Of a stretch of DNA of 29,281 bases, positions 1 to 8,155 are shown in pieces (within the stretch, counting starts at the first letter, position 1; each line of letters opens with the position of its first letter). Origin of the DNA: Nanobdellati archaeon (lineage in GTDB: Archaea > EX4484-52 > GLR71); assembly GCA_019429125.1 (NCBI GenBank), contig JAHYJO010000016.1, positions 1 to 29,281 of the forward strand, written 5' to 3'. A model generated the notes under the pieces. The model was not told where the DNA came from. It was given only the letters and a program-made list of their open reading frames with translations, and ran no database searches. Made by a program: the position numbers and the translations under genes.

Positions 1-126
1 AAGATAAACGAAGATTTGGTTGGCGAATTCCTCAAAAATTACCGAATCGCGCAGATCTATCTTATTTCACAATAATTGCTTGGCATAATCTATTCTGGAT
101 GGGACAATGAATTTTGTCCCACAGCC
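1..126 (+). mobile_element. 3' end of ISNCY-like insertion sequence (transposase C-terminus plus terminal inverted repeat), truncated by window start
   Basis: Encodes ...DKRRFGWRIPQKLPNRADLSYFTIIAWHNLFWMGQ* (stop 108-110), then TIR ATTTTGTCCCACAGCC at 111-126. About 9 differences in 126 nt from the reverse complement of 5553-5678. Confidence 0.9.
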
Positions 127-171
127 TTAATAATCAACAGACTTATATATTTGGTTTTAAGATATATTTTT

Positions 172-1149
172 ATGTCCTTAAATATCTCTATAATCATATC
201 TACATATAACCGTGTCAATGATTTAGATATAACCATAGATAGCATTTGTGCTCAATCATTATTGCCATATGAATTAATTATTGTAGATGATTCTACTGAT
301 GAAAAAATAAAAGAATTAATGGATTTTAAAAAAATACCTTTCAAAAAGCAGTATATCTGGAATAAGTCAAATATAAAATCATCTGCAATATCTAGAAATA
401 TTGGTTTGGCAAAGATGGGAGGGGATATAGCCTTATTTTTAGATGATGATGTAACCTTGGACAAAAATTACATTAAACTGTTACAAGAAACATATTCCGA
501 CAATAATATAATGGCATTACAAGGATATATAAAAAATATATCAGTAAGCAAGTTTTATTTATATTGCGATAGGATAATTCAGACCATTTTTTTAAATGCA
601 GATATGCATTTTGATTCCTGCAACATCAAAAAAGGTGTTTTTGGCAATACATACCCAATAAAAAGACCAAAACACATGATTGTATCACAATGGTTGGCAG
701 GATGTAACATGTCTTGTAGAAAAGAGTTTTTAGATAAGCATTCTCTAAGATTTGATGAAAATTTACTAAGATATGCATTTAAAGAAGATGCAGATTTAAG
801 CTATAGGGCGTACAAAATATGTAAAGATAAAAAATTAAAGATTGTCTTGAACCCCAAGATGTTATTGGATCATAGAATCTCAAAGATATCAAGGATACCA
901 GACAGGACATATACAAAAATAAAATATGTATATGCAGAATATTTCTTTTTCAAAAATACAAATTCTAATATATTTATATTTTACTGGTCTCTTCTTGGTC
1001 AAATCGTCCAAAGATTAATATTATCTTTAATTCATAGAGATGGCGGTATCATTGGGAATATTTCTGGTTGTTTATATTCGCTTAAACATATAAATAGAAT
1101 AAAGGAAAAAGATTTATCTCAGATAAATAAAGAGCTTTTTAATTTTTGA
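172..1149 (+). CDS. Glycosyltransferase family 2 protein
   Basis: ISIIISTYNR, IIVDDS, SRNIGL, FLDDD (DxD) and KEDADLSYR motifs. Start moved to ATG 172 because the ORF extension from 76 lies within the IS end. Confidence 0.9.
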   Translation: MSLNISIIISTYNRVNDLDITIDSICAQSLLPYELIIVDDSTDEKIKELMDFKKIPFKKQYIWNKSNIKSSAISRNIGLAKMGGDIALFLDDDVTLDKNYIKLLQETYSDNNIMALQGYIKNISVSKFYLYCDRIIQTIFLNADMHFDSCNIKKGVFGNTYPIKRPKHMIVSQWLAGCNMSCRKEFLDKHSLRFDENLLRYAFKEDADLSYRAYKICKDKKLKIVLNPKMLLDHRISKISRIPDRTYTKIKYVYAEYFFFKNTNSNIFIFYWSLLGQIVQRLILSLIHRDGGIIGNISGCLYSLKHINRIKEKDLSQINKELFNF

Positions 1150-1167
1150 ATACGGGTATTTGATGAT

Positions 1168-2259
1168 TTATAATCCTTTTTTTGCTTTTTTAAAGACAGT
1201 TTCAATTTGTATTGCAATAGAATCCCAATCATATTCATTTTTTACCCTCTCAAAAGCTTGTTCAGATAAGTCCCGCCTTAATGTTTCATCATTTATGACC
1301 TTTGTCAGTGCATCCCTCAGTTGTTTAACATCTCCTGCCTCGACAAGAATCAAAACATTTTTAAATCGTTCTTTTATGTCTGCAATATCTGTTGAGATGC
1401 ACGCATTTTTAGATCCCATAGCCTCAAGAAGTGAGATAGGCATTCCTTCAAAGAACGAAGGCAGCACAAACATATCACTATATTTGAAAAAAGGATTTGT
1501 GTCGCAGACATAACCAACAAAGCATATATTCTTATTATTTTTACATTTTTCTTGCAATTCAACCTTATCAGGACCATCCCCAACAATAATCAATATTGAT
1601 TTTTTCATAATCTCTGCATCAAGATTATTAAATGCATCAATCAATACAGAAACACCTTTAGTTGGGATTAACCTACTTACGCTCAATATTTTAATTTTTG
1701 AAGTATCCATTATCTTTGGTTTTTTACAATTTGTTTTATATTTATTCACATCAATTCCATTTGGAATCAGTTTAACATTTTTTTTCCTTTTTTTCCAAAA
1801 CACATAAGTATCTTTATCAACAGCAATTACAGTTTTTGCTTTTGATACTGCAGTAGTTTCATATAATTTCAAAAGTGCACGAATATATACTGCCCAATCT
1901 TTTCTATTAAATCCAACACCATGAGATGTATAAACAAATGGTTTTTTAATAAATCTTGCACACAAAAACCCATGTGTGGGATCATTTGCATATATTAAAT
2001 CTGGATTTATTTTTTTAATAAGTGAAATAGACTTCAATGCAAGAACGTTTTTTGAAAACAACCGGCTTTTTACAGTTGGCACTTTGTGTACTATTACTCC
2101 ATTTATTTTAAAAAATCCATACTTCTCAGATTCTGCAGAAACAATTACTTCAACAGAATGTCCTTTTTTAACCAACCTTTTAGAGACCTCATAAACATGC
2201 TGTTCAATACCCCCAATCATTGGGGGATATGTTCTTGCACCAAGTATTAATATTTTCAT
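1168..2259 (-). CDS. Glycosyltransferase family 4 (GT-B) protein
   Basis: YPPMIGGIEQHV, IPNGID, RLIPTKG and PSFFEGMPISLLEAM (EX7E) motifs. ATG overlaps the upstream epimerase stop (TGATG). Confidence 0.93.
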   Translation of the reverse strand: MKILILGARTYPPMIGGIEQHVYEVSKRLVKKGHSVEVIVSAESEKYGFFKINGVIVHKVPTVKSRLFSKNVLALKSISLIKKINPDLIYANDPTHGFLCARFIKKPFVYTSHGVGFNRKDWAVYIRALLKLYETTAVSKAKTVIAVDKDTYVFWKKRKKNVKLIPNGIDVNKYKTNCKKPKIMDTSKIKILSVSRLIPTKGVSVLIDAFNNLDAEIMKKSILIIVGDGPDKVELQEKCKNNKNICFVGYVCDTNPFFKYSDMFVLPSFFEGMPISLLEAMGSKNACISTDIADIKERFKNVLILVEAGDVKQLRDALTKVINDETLRRDLSEQAFERVKNEYDWDSIAIQIETVFKKAKKGL

Positions 2260-3128
2260 CAAATCATCTCTTTAAGCCCATCTTTAAGCGCAATCTCAGC
2301 TCCCCACCCAACAGACCGCAATTTAGAAACATCTGCGCAAGAATGCAATATATCACCCTCACGGGCATCAACATATACAACTTTTGATTTCAGACCAAAC
2401 AGCCCATTAACAGTCTCTGCAAGTTCATTTATAGATACAGATTTACCGCAACCGACATTGAATGTTCCAGATATTCCAGTAACCTTTATCACTGCGCGAC
2501 ATAAATCTCCAACATTCACAAAATCTCTTGTCTGTTTACCATCACCAAATATTATCAAGTCTTGTCCGTTCCTAGCCATATCAATAAATTTAGATATCAC
2601 ACCTGAATATGAATTAGCAGGATCTTGCCCCTTGCCATATACATTAAACGGTCGCACAAAAGTAACATCTTTTTTGATATATCCTATATACTTTTCAGCA
2701 AAAAGTTTATTGTCACCATAAGGACTTAATGGTTTTGTCTCTGCATCTTCAGAAAGTGGAACATTAGGATTATCGCCAAACACTGCAGCTGAACTAAAAA
2801 CTACAAGATTTTTAACCTTATTTTTAACACAAGCCTCAGCAACATTGATTGAACCAAGCGCATTTACTGAAAAATCATAATAAGGCTCTACAAACGATTT
2901 AGGCACGCTTATCTGTGCAGCAAGATGATAGACTGTATCTGCTAAAGACAATACGTCTTCTAAAATTGCTAAATCTCTAATGTCTCCTTTAACAAACTTG
3001 ACCTTACCCTTAAGTTTTGCAGGAAGTGATGCCTTATCAAAGACAGTAACATCATTATCTTTACAAAGCATAAGCGATAGATGAGAACCAATAAATCCAC
3101 ACCCACCAACAACCACAACATTACTCAT
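2259..3128 (-). CDS. NAD-dependent epimerase/dehydratase (UDP-glucose 4-epimerase-like extended SDR)
   Basis: GGCGFIG Rossmann motif, HLAA, SSAAVFG, YGDNK (YxxxK), RPFNVYG and DGKQTRDFV. Confidence 0.92.
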   Translation of the reverse strand: MSNVVVVGGCGFIGSHLSLMLCKDNDVTVFDKASLPAKLKGKVKFVKGDIRDLAILEDVLSLADTVYHLAAQISVPKSFVEPYYDFSVNALGSINVAEACVKNKVKNLVVFSSAAVFGDNPNVPLSEDAETKPLSPYGDNKLFAEKYIGYIKKDVTFVRPFNVYGKGQDPANSYSGVISKFIDMARNGQDLIIFGDGKQTRDFVNVGDLCRAVIKVTGISGTFNVGCGKSVSINELAETVNGLFGLKSKVVYVDAREGDILHSCADVSKLRSVGWGAEIALKDGLKEMI

Positions 3129-3208
3129 AATACAATCTTTAATGACAATGCTTAAATATTATTATGTATTGTATCTCTATCATTCTTCATCTTTAATCTT
3201 TAGCTTTT

Positions 3209-3310
3209 CATTATTTTTCATTATCTCTCATTATTTTTCATTATCTCTCATTATTTCTCATTCTCTCTCCATCTCATTCTCTCTCTCTCTCTTTATCTCT
3301 TTCTTTCTCT
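3209..3310 (+). repeat. Pyrimidine-rich low-complexity tract: about six 10-bp units (TTATYTYTCA) running into (CT)n
   Basis: ttatttttca/ttatctctca/ttatttttca/ttatctctca/ttatttctca/ttctctctcc at 3211-3270, then CT dinucleotides. Confidence 0.8.
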
Positions 3311-3374
3311 ATCGCATCCCCCCTTCCACATTAATTATCCCCTCATCCCTCCACACCCGAACACCCATTCACAC

Positions 3375-3437
3375 AAAGTCACCCACCAAGGTGTTAACGC
3401 ATCTATATGCCAGACATTCAGCCAATAAAGTATCAAC
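3375..3437 (+). repeat. 63-bp perfect direct repeat, copy 1 (copy 2 at 4556-4618)
   Basis: AAAGTCACCCACCAAGGTGTTAACGCATCTATATGCCAGACATTCAGCCAATAAAGTATCAAC occurs on both sides of the YhcG gene. Confidence 0.95.
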
Positions 3438-3525
3438 AGACAATCAAAATCCAACCAAACGCGCATACAACAACATATATCTACAACCTAAACCTTCAAA
3501 CAATTCAACAACGAGAGGCAATATT

Positions 3526-4506
3526 ATGAAATCTCATAAAGAAATACCCAAAAACAATAACAATTTAGACACAACAGATTACAATCAAATATTAACCGAT
3601 ATAAAATCCATACTTCAAAAAGGAATATCAAAGGTATACAAAGCCGTAGATAACCTTAGGGTGCAGACCTACTGGCAAATAGGCGAACGGATAGTCCGAG
3701 ATGAATTAGAACACAAAGAACGAGCGGATTATGGGCAAGGATTAATAAAAAAACTTGTTAGTGATATGGATATTTCAGAGAGAAATCTGCACAATTCTGT
3801 AAGAGTTTATAGAGTTTATCCAATTTTGCAGACAGTGTCTGCACAATTAAGTTGGTCACATCTTGTTGAGTTGATGTATATCGAAAACAATGACGAACGC
3901 AAATTTTATGAACAGCAGACAATTCAGAATACATGGAGTGTCCGTGTATTAAGAGAACAAATAAAAAATGATTTATACGGGTCTGCAAAAAAAGAAGGAA
4001 AATTAATTATTACTCAACCTCTACCAATAAAACAAATCACACCAGAAGACATCTTCAAAGACACCTACAACTTTGATTTCCTGAAATTAGACGAGAACCA
4101 CACCGAAACCGACCTGGAAACAGAACTGATGAAACACACAGAAAAACTATTACTTGAATTCGGCTCAGATTTCTCAATATCCGGCAGGCAGAAAAAGATA
4201 ATAATTGACGACCAGCTCCATAAAATAGACCTTGAATTTTATCACAGAGGACTTCCTTGTATCATTCTTGTAGACCTAAAAATCGGACGGTTCAAAAGCG
4301 AACACATAGGACAGATGAACAAATACCTAAATTGGTACAAAGAACACAAAAGATACCACTGGGAAAAAGACCCGATAGGTATCATCATCTGCAGATATAA
4401 AGGCATTGAAGAGATACATTATGCATTGGGTGGTATTAAAAACTCAATCTTTATCGCAGAATACAAGACAAGACTTCCAAAAGAGGACAAAATAAAGATA
4501 TTATAA
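3526..4506 (+). CDS. YhcG/DUF1016 family PD-(D/E)XK nuclease-domain protein
   Basis: YWQIGERIV, RADYG, LSWSHLVEL, ERKFYE, WSVRVL, KDTYNFDFL, IDLEFYHR, VDLKIG, GQMNKY and PIGIIIC. Start set at ATG 3526 after GAGG; the upstream ORF extension is low-complexity sequence. Confidence 0.92.
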   Translation: MKSHKEIPKNNNNLDTTDYNQILTDIKSILQKGISKVYKAVDNLRVQTYWQIGERIVRDELEHKERADYGQGLIKKLVSDMDISERNLHNSVRVYRVYPILQTVSAQLSWSHLVELMYIENNDERKFYEQQTIQNTWSVRVLREQIKNDLYGSAKKEGKLIITQPLPIKQITPEDIFKDTYNFDFLKLDENHTETDLETELMKHTEKLLLEFGSDFSISGRQKKIIIDDQLHKIDLEFYHRGLPCIILVDLKIGRFKSEHIGQMNKYLNWYKEHKRYHWEKDPIGIIICRYKGIEEIHYALGGIKNSIFIAEYKTRLPKEDKIKIL

Positions 4507-4555
4507 CTTCTGTAAATCTTGTTATTTGGAATTTCAAACGAATCAAAAACCCCCA

Positions 4556-4618
4556 AAAGTCACCCACCAAGGTGTTAACGCATCTATATGCCAGACATTC
4601 AGCCAATAAAGTATCAAC
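4556..4618 (+). repeat. 63-bp perfect direct repeat, copy 2
   Basis: Identical to 3375-3437. Confidence 0.95.
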
Positions 4619-5552
4619 CGACAGAAATTAAACCAATCTTTAATATGGCAGATGCAGTTGATAACATTGATACGCAAGACTTTTTATCCCTCATAAAAAC
4701 AGGCGAACACGAAACAATAGAGTTCAAAAAATCAACAGCGCAATTGGAAAAATCCCTAAGAACAATATGTGGTTTCCTAAACCACAAAGGTGGTATAGTT
4801 TACTTCGGCATCTCAGACAAAAATGAAATTGTAGGTCAAGAAGTATCAGATTCAACCTTAAAATCAATATCGCAGAAAATCAGGCAGAAGATAAAGCCTG
4901 AAATTCACCCAGAAATAAGAGTTATAGAGCTAGACAACAAAAAGATTATAGAAGTCAAGATAAAAGAAGGAACAAACAAACCTTATTATCTTGATTCAAT
5001 CGCATACAAACGAGTTGGTTCTGAAAGTCTATCAATACCTCCAGACGAACTGGAAATAATTATTCTTAAAAAGAATAGACGTCAGTGGGATTCTGAAGTC
5101 TGTGAAGATGCAACTTTAGAAGACATTGATGACAAAAAAGTAAAATGGTTCTTGAGAAAGGCTAAATATGAGCGTAAATTTGATGTTGATCTAGAAATAC
5201 TCATTAAAGAAGTTTTGATAAGATTGAAATTCCTGAAATATAATAAACTGACCAATTCAGCAGTTCTGCTCTTTGGAAAAAATCCGCAAAAGTTTGTTTT
5301 GCAATCCGTAATCAGATGTGCCCGATTTAAGGGGTTTACTCCAACAGACTTTATTGATCTGAAAATAATCGACGGGAATTTTTTTGATTTATTGAAAAAA
5401 ACTAAAGAATTTATTCTTTCACATATTAAAAAAGCTGCAAAAGTTGTAATGTTTAATCGTGAAGAGGTATGGGAGTATCCTCCAGATGCGATAAGAGAAG
5501 CAGTTGTAAATGCCATTGTCCATAGAGATTATTTAATTCAGGGCAATATTAG
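4588..5552 (+). pseudogene. AlbA_2 (Schlafen-like) domain plus RecG-C/HATPase_c_4-type protein, 3'-truncated by IS insertion
   Basis: GEHETIEFKKS, ICGFLNHKGGIVYFG, AVLLFGKNP and EYPPDAIREAVVNAIVHRDY. The reading frame runs into the IS TIR at 5553, so the C-terminal part is missing. The start may be ATG 4645. Confidence 0.85.
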
Positions 5553-5568
5553 GGCTGTGGGACAAAAT

Positions 5569-6840
5569 TCATTGTCCTATCCAGAATAGATTGTGCCATG
5601 CAATTATTACGAAATAAGATATATCTGACCGATTCGGTAATTTTTGAGGAATTCGCCAACCGAATCTTCGTTTATCTTCAGAAAAACCGCTCTCAGACTG
5701 ATTTCTCTTGAAATATTCACCTAAATAATTTTGTGTGTCATTAATAAACTGTTCCAACATTCGTTTCCAATCAAAATTTCCTTTAACGGTAACATTTTTT
5801 TTAGGTATTAAATAACATTTTATGTCTTCGAATTGTTCTGTAAAGAACTTTACTGTACTTTGTCTGCTGTAATATCTATCTAAACGAATAGAGTTTAAGT
5901 CAATATCCAAATGATTAAGCATTTCAATTGCTTGATTATATGCATCTTTTTCACTTTTGAAGCTGGTTCCGTATGCGATATATAATCTTTTTTCAACATC
6001 CATTAAAGCAAATGTAAAAAATACTTTTCGTTTTTTTGTAGTTTTTTTACCATCTTCTTTTAACTTTTGTGCCGATGAAGCATAATGTTCTTTAATTGTT
6101 AGAAGATACCCTGTCCCATCTCCGCATGTATCTGGTTTTTTGATATTTAAATCATTAAGTAATATTGAATGAAGATTGAATAAAACAAGTTTAACTTGTT
6201 CGTCATCATATATCCGTTCCACAGTTTTATAACTTATATCTACATCATTAAGACTTGAAAAAATAAGAAGCAATATAGACATTTCTCTATTGCTTTTTTG
6301 AATTAATTTTTGAATCAATAGTATTTAAACTTTTTGATTTAAATTAAGTTTAGGCGGTCTTCCTGCTGTTTTCTTGTCTGAAATATTTAATGGTTTTATT
6401 GCTTGTTTTATATATGATTGAAAAAAGGTTATTGCTTTTCTCAAACGTTGATTATATTGTTGTTCATAAGTCTTCCAATCTCTTTTTGTTTCAGGATTAT
6501 TTAGTTTATACAGGTCAATAAGTTGATCGTATTTGTTTAGCTAATTTTTGTCTTGCTTAATTTTGATTTTTTAAGAGATAACTACTATTTTTTGAAATAA
6601 TTATATTTATACTTTTTTAAGTTGGGTGCAAGCTATCGATTTTATAAGAATAAGATTAAATAATTTTTAAGATTTTTTAACAACACATTTTTAAGCGTTA
6701 GCTATTGATTTTGTAACAATTATAACTTATTGAGAATCACACCATAACGGCTGAAGCATATTGATTATTTTTTTGCTAAACAAGTACAGTTGATCTAATT
6801 CCTTGACTTTTTCTCGAACATCTTTCGTTTTTACTCGCAT
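5569..6840 (-). pseudogene. DDE transposase (ISNCY-like), disrupted by a MITE and a nonsense codon
   Basis: Starts MRVKTKDVREKVKELDQL at 6840. Removing the 259-bp MITE and one 8-bp TSD gives 1005 nt in frame (…RDWKTYE…GRPPKL…GDGTGY…RLDRYY…RNQSESGFS…), with one in-frame TAA at 6325-6327. Confidence 0.9.
6529..6787. mobile_element. Non-autonomous MITE with IS66-type ends
   Basis: Ends GTATTTGTTTAGCTAA…TTTGCTAAACAAGTAC match the IS66 element at 8156-9576. 8-bp TSD AGTTGATC at 6521-6528 and 6788-6795. No transposase inside. Confidence 0.93.
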
Positions 6841-6891
6841 AATATAATATATACCGAAAGATATATAAAGATATATATAGATATCTATAAG

Positions 6892-7050
6892 ATGCGAGAA
6901 ATTGAAGTAAAAAATCAAGAATTTCATCTAAAAGACAAAGTTTTAGAGGTGTTAGAAAGAACAGTAAAACCTTTTGGAACTTCTGCAAAATTAGATGTGC
7001 CTAAAAGATATTTAGGCAAAAGGACGTATGTTGTAATTTTGGAGGAGTAA
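6892..7050 (+). CDS. DUF2080 family transposase-associated small protein (52 aa; not in the ORF track)
   Basis: MREIEVKNQEFHLKDKVLEVLERTVKPFGTSAKLDVPKRYLGKRTYVVILEE*. Preceded by BRE/TATA-like ACCGAAAGATATATAA and ends in hairpin GGAGGA-GTAA-TCCTCC (7041-7056). Confidence 0.85.
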   Translation: MREIEVKNQEFHLKDKVLEVLERTVKPFGTSAKLDVPKRYLGKRTYVVILEE

Positions 7051-7073
7051 TCCTCCTATTTTGTCCCACAGCC

Positions 7074-7844
7074 GCCCTTGATGCAAGTTCTATTCCAAAA
7101 AGATATTGATTTGACCTTAAATTAAAACTCTCTTTAGAAGGTTTTGAACCGTACGAAAAAATCGTACAGTTGAAATTAATTGCAGAAGATGGGAAATTAA
7201 GATTAACTGATTGTGTAAATACAAAAAATGCATTTCGTATAATCCAATCTATTCCATCAAAAAAGGCAGAACCTTTCAAACTATGGCTGGCACAAGTAGG
7301 TTATGAACGAGTACAAGAGATTCAAGATCCGGAACTTGCTCAAAAACGGATGAAAGAATTATACATACAAAAAGGATATTCAAACGAATGGATTGAGAAA
7401 AGAGTCAGAGGTATTGCTATAAGGGATGAGTTGACAGGGGAATGGACTGATAGGGGTGTAAATACCAACAAAGAATTTTCAATTTTGACGGCAGAAATTA
7501 GTAAAGCTACATTTGATATGACACCTTCAGAATATAAACAACATAAAGGTTTGAAAAATGAGAATTTAAGAGACCATATGAATGATTTAGAACTTATATT
7601 CACCATGTTAGGAGAAGGAGCAACTACACACATAGCAAGAGCAACAGACGCACAGGGATTTAAGATCAACAAAATCGCCGCAAAAGAAGGTGGCACTGTT
7701 GCAGGAAATGCACGAAAAGAATTATAATTAAAATCAAACGAAAAAATAAGTACGTCTGATAATTATCTTGAAGTTCCTGAGAAAATAAAGAAATTGAAAA
7801 AATCAGAAAACACAAAAGATACAGTTGGGAAAAAGATTAGATAG
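7074..7844 (+). pseudogene. Bro-N domain protein, 5'-truncated by IS with two nonsense codons
   Basis: ALDASSIPKRY*FDLKLKL…EPYEKIVQLKL…FRIIQSIPSKKAEPFKLWLA…NLRDHM…NARKEL*LKSNEKISTSDNYL. Paralogous to 9998-10846. Stops at 7107-7109 and 7725-7727. Confidence 0.88.
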
Positions 7845-8004
7845 GTATCATCATCTGCAGATAAAAAGGCATTGAAGAGATACATTATGCATTGGGTGGT
7901 ATCACCAATTCAATCTTTATCGCCGAATACAAGACAAGACTTCCAAAAGAGGACAAAATAAAGATATTATAACGTCTGTAAATCTTGTTATTTAGAATTT
8001 CAAA
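7809..8004 (+). repeat. 196-bp near-identical duplicate of the YhcG 3' end and downstream sequence (4343-4538)
   Basis: Colinear high-identity match, including GATAGGTATCATCATCTGCAGATA…AAGATATTATAAC…GAATTTCAAA. This copy carries a TAT>TAA change. Confidence 0.92.
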
Positions 8005-8120
8005 TACAATGTCCAGAAGTATCACGAGAAACTTTAAGGAACGATTTGAAAGAACTTATAAAACAAAAAATAATGTTTAGGAAAGGTACAAAAAGGGGCA
8101 CATATTACAAACTTACATAA
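7995..8120 (+). pseudogene. Orphan C-terminal winged-helix fragment (RecG-C/AlbA- or Fic-type tail)
   Basis: EFQIQCPEVSRETLRNDLKELIKQKIMFRKGTKRGTYYKLT*. The in-frame sequence lacks its N-terminal part and is joined to the YhcG duplicate at GAATTTCAAA. Confidence 0.7.
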
Positions 8121-8155
8121 ATATGCCAACTTTATGCCAATCAAATAAAATAATT

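Larger units (their letters stand above)
5553..7073 (-). mobile_element. ISNCY-like insertion sequence with 16-bp perfect TIRs, carrying a transposase and a divergent DUF2080 gene
   Basis: GGCTGTGGGACAAAAT (5553-5568) and ATTTTGTCCCACAGCC (7058-7073). No flanking target duplication. The family label is from recognition only. Confidence 0.9.

Noticed and set aside
76-171. N-terminal extension of the GT2 ORF
   Set aside because: It lies in the IS transposase end and TIR; the GT2 fold begins at ATG 172.
3142-3525. 128-aa hydrophobic N-terminal extension of YhcG that looks like a membrane anchor
   Set aside because: It is a translation of the pyrimidine-rich repeat and the 63-bp repeat; an RBS and a duplicated leader support ATG 3526.
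6325-7727. In-frame stops at homologous sense positions suggesting stop-codon reassignment
   Set aside because: They include both TAA and TGA, occur only in IS-disrupted or fragmentary genes, and intact genes terminate normally at TAA and TGA.
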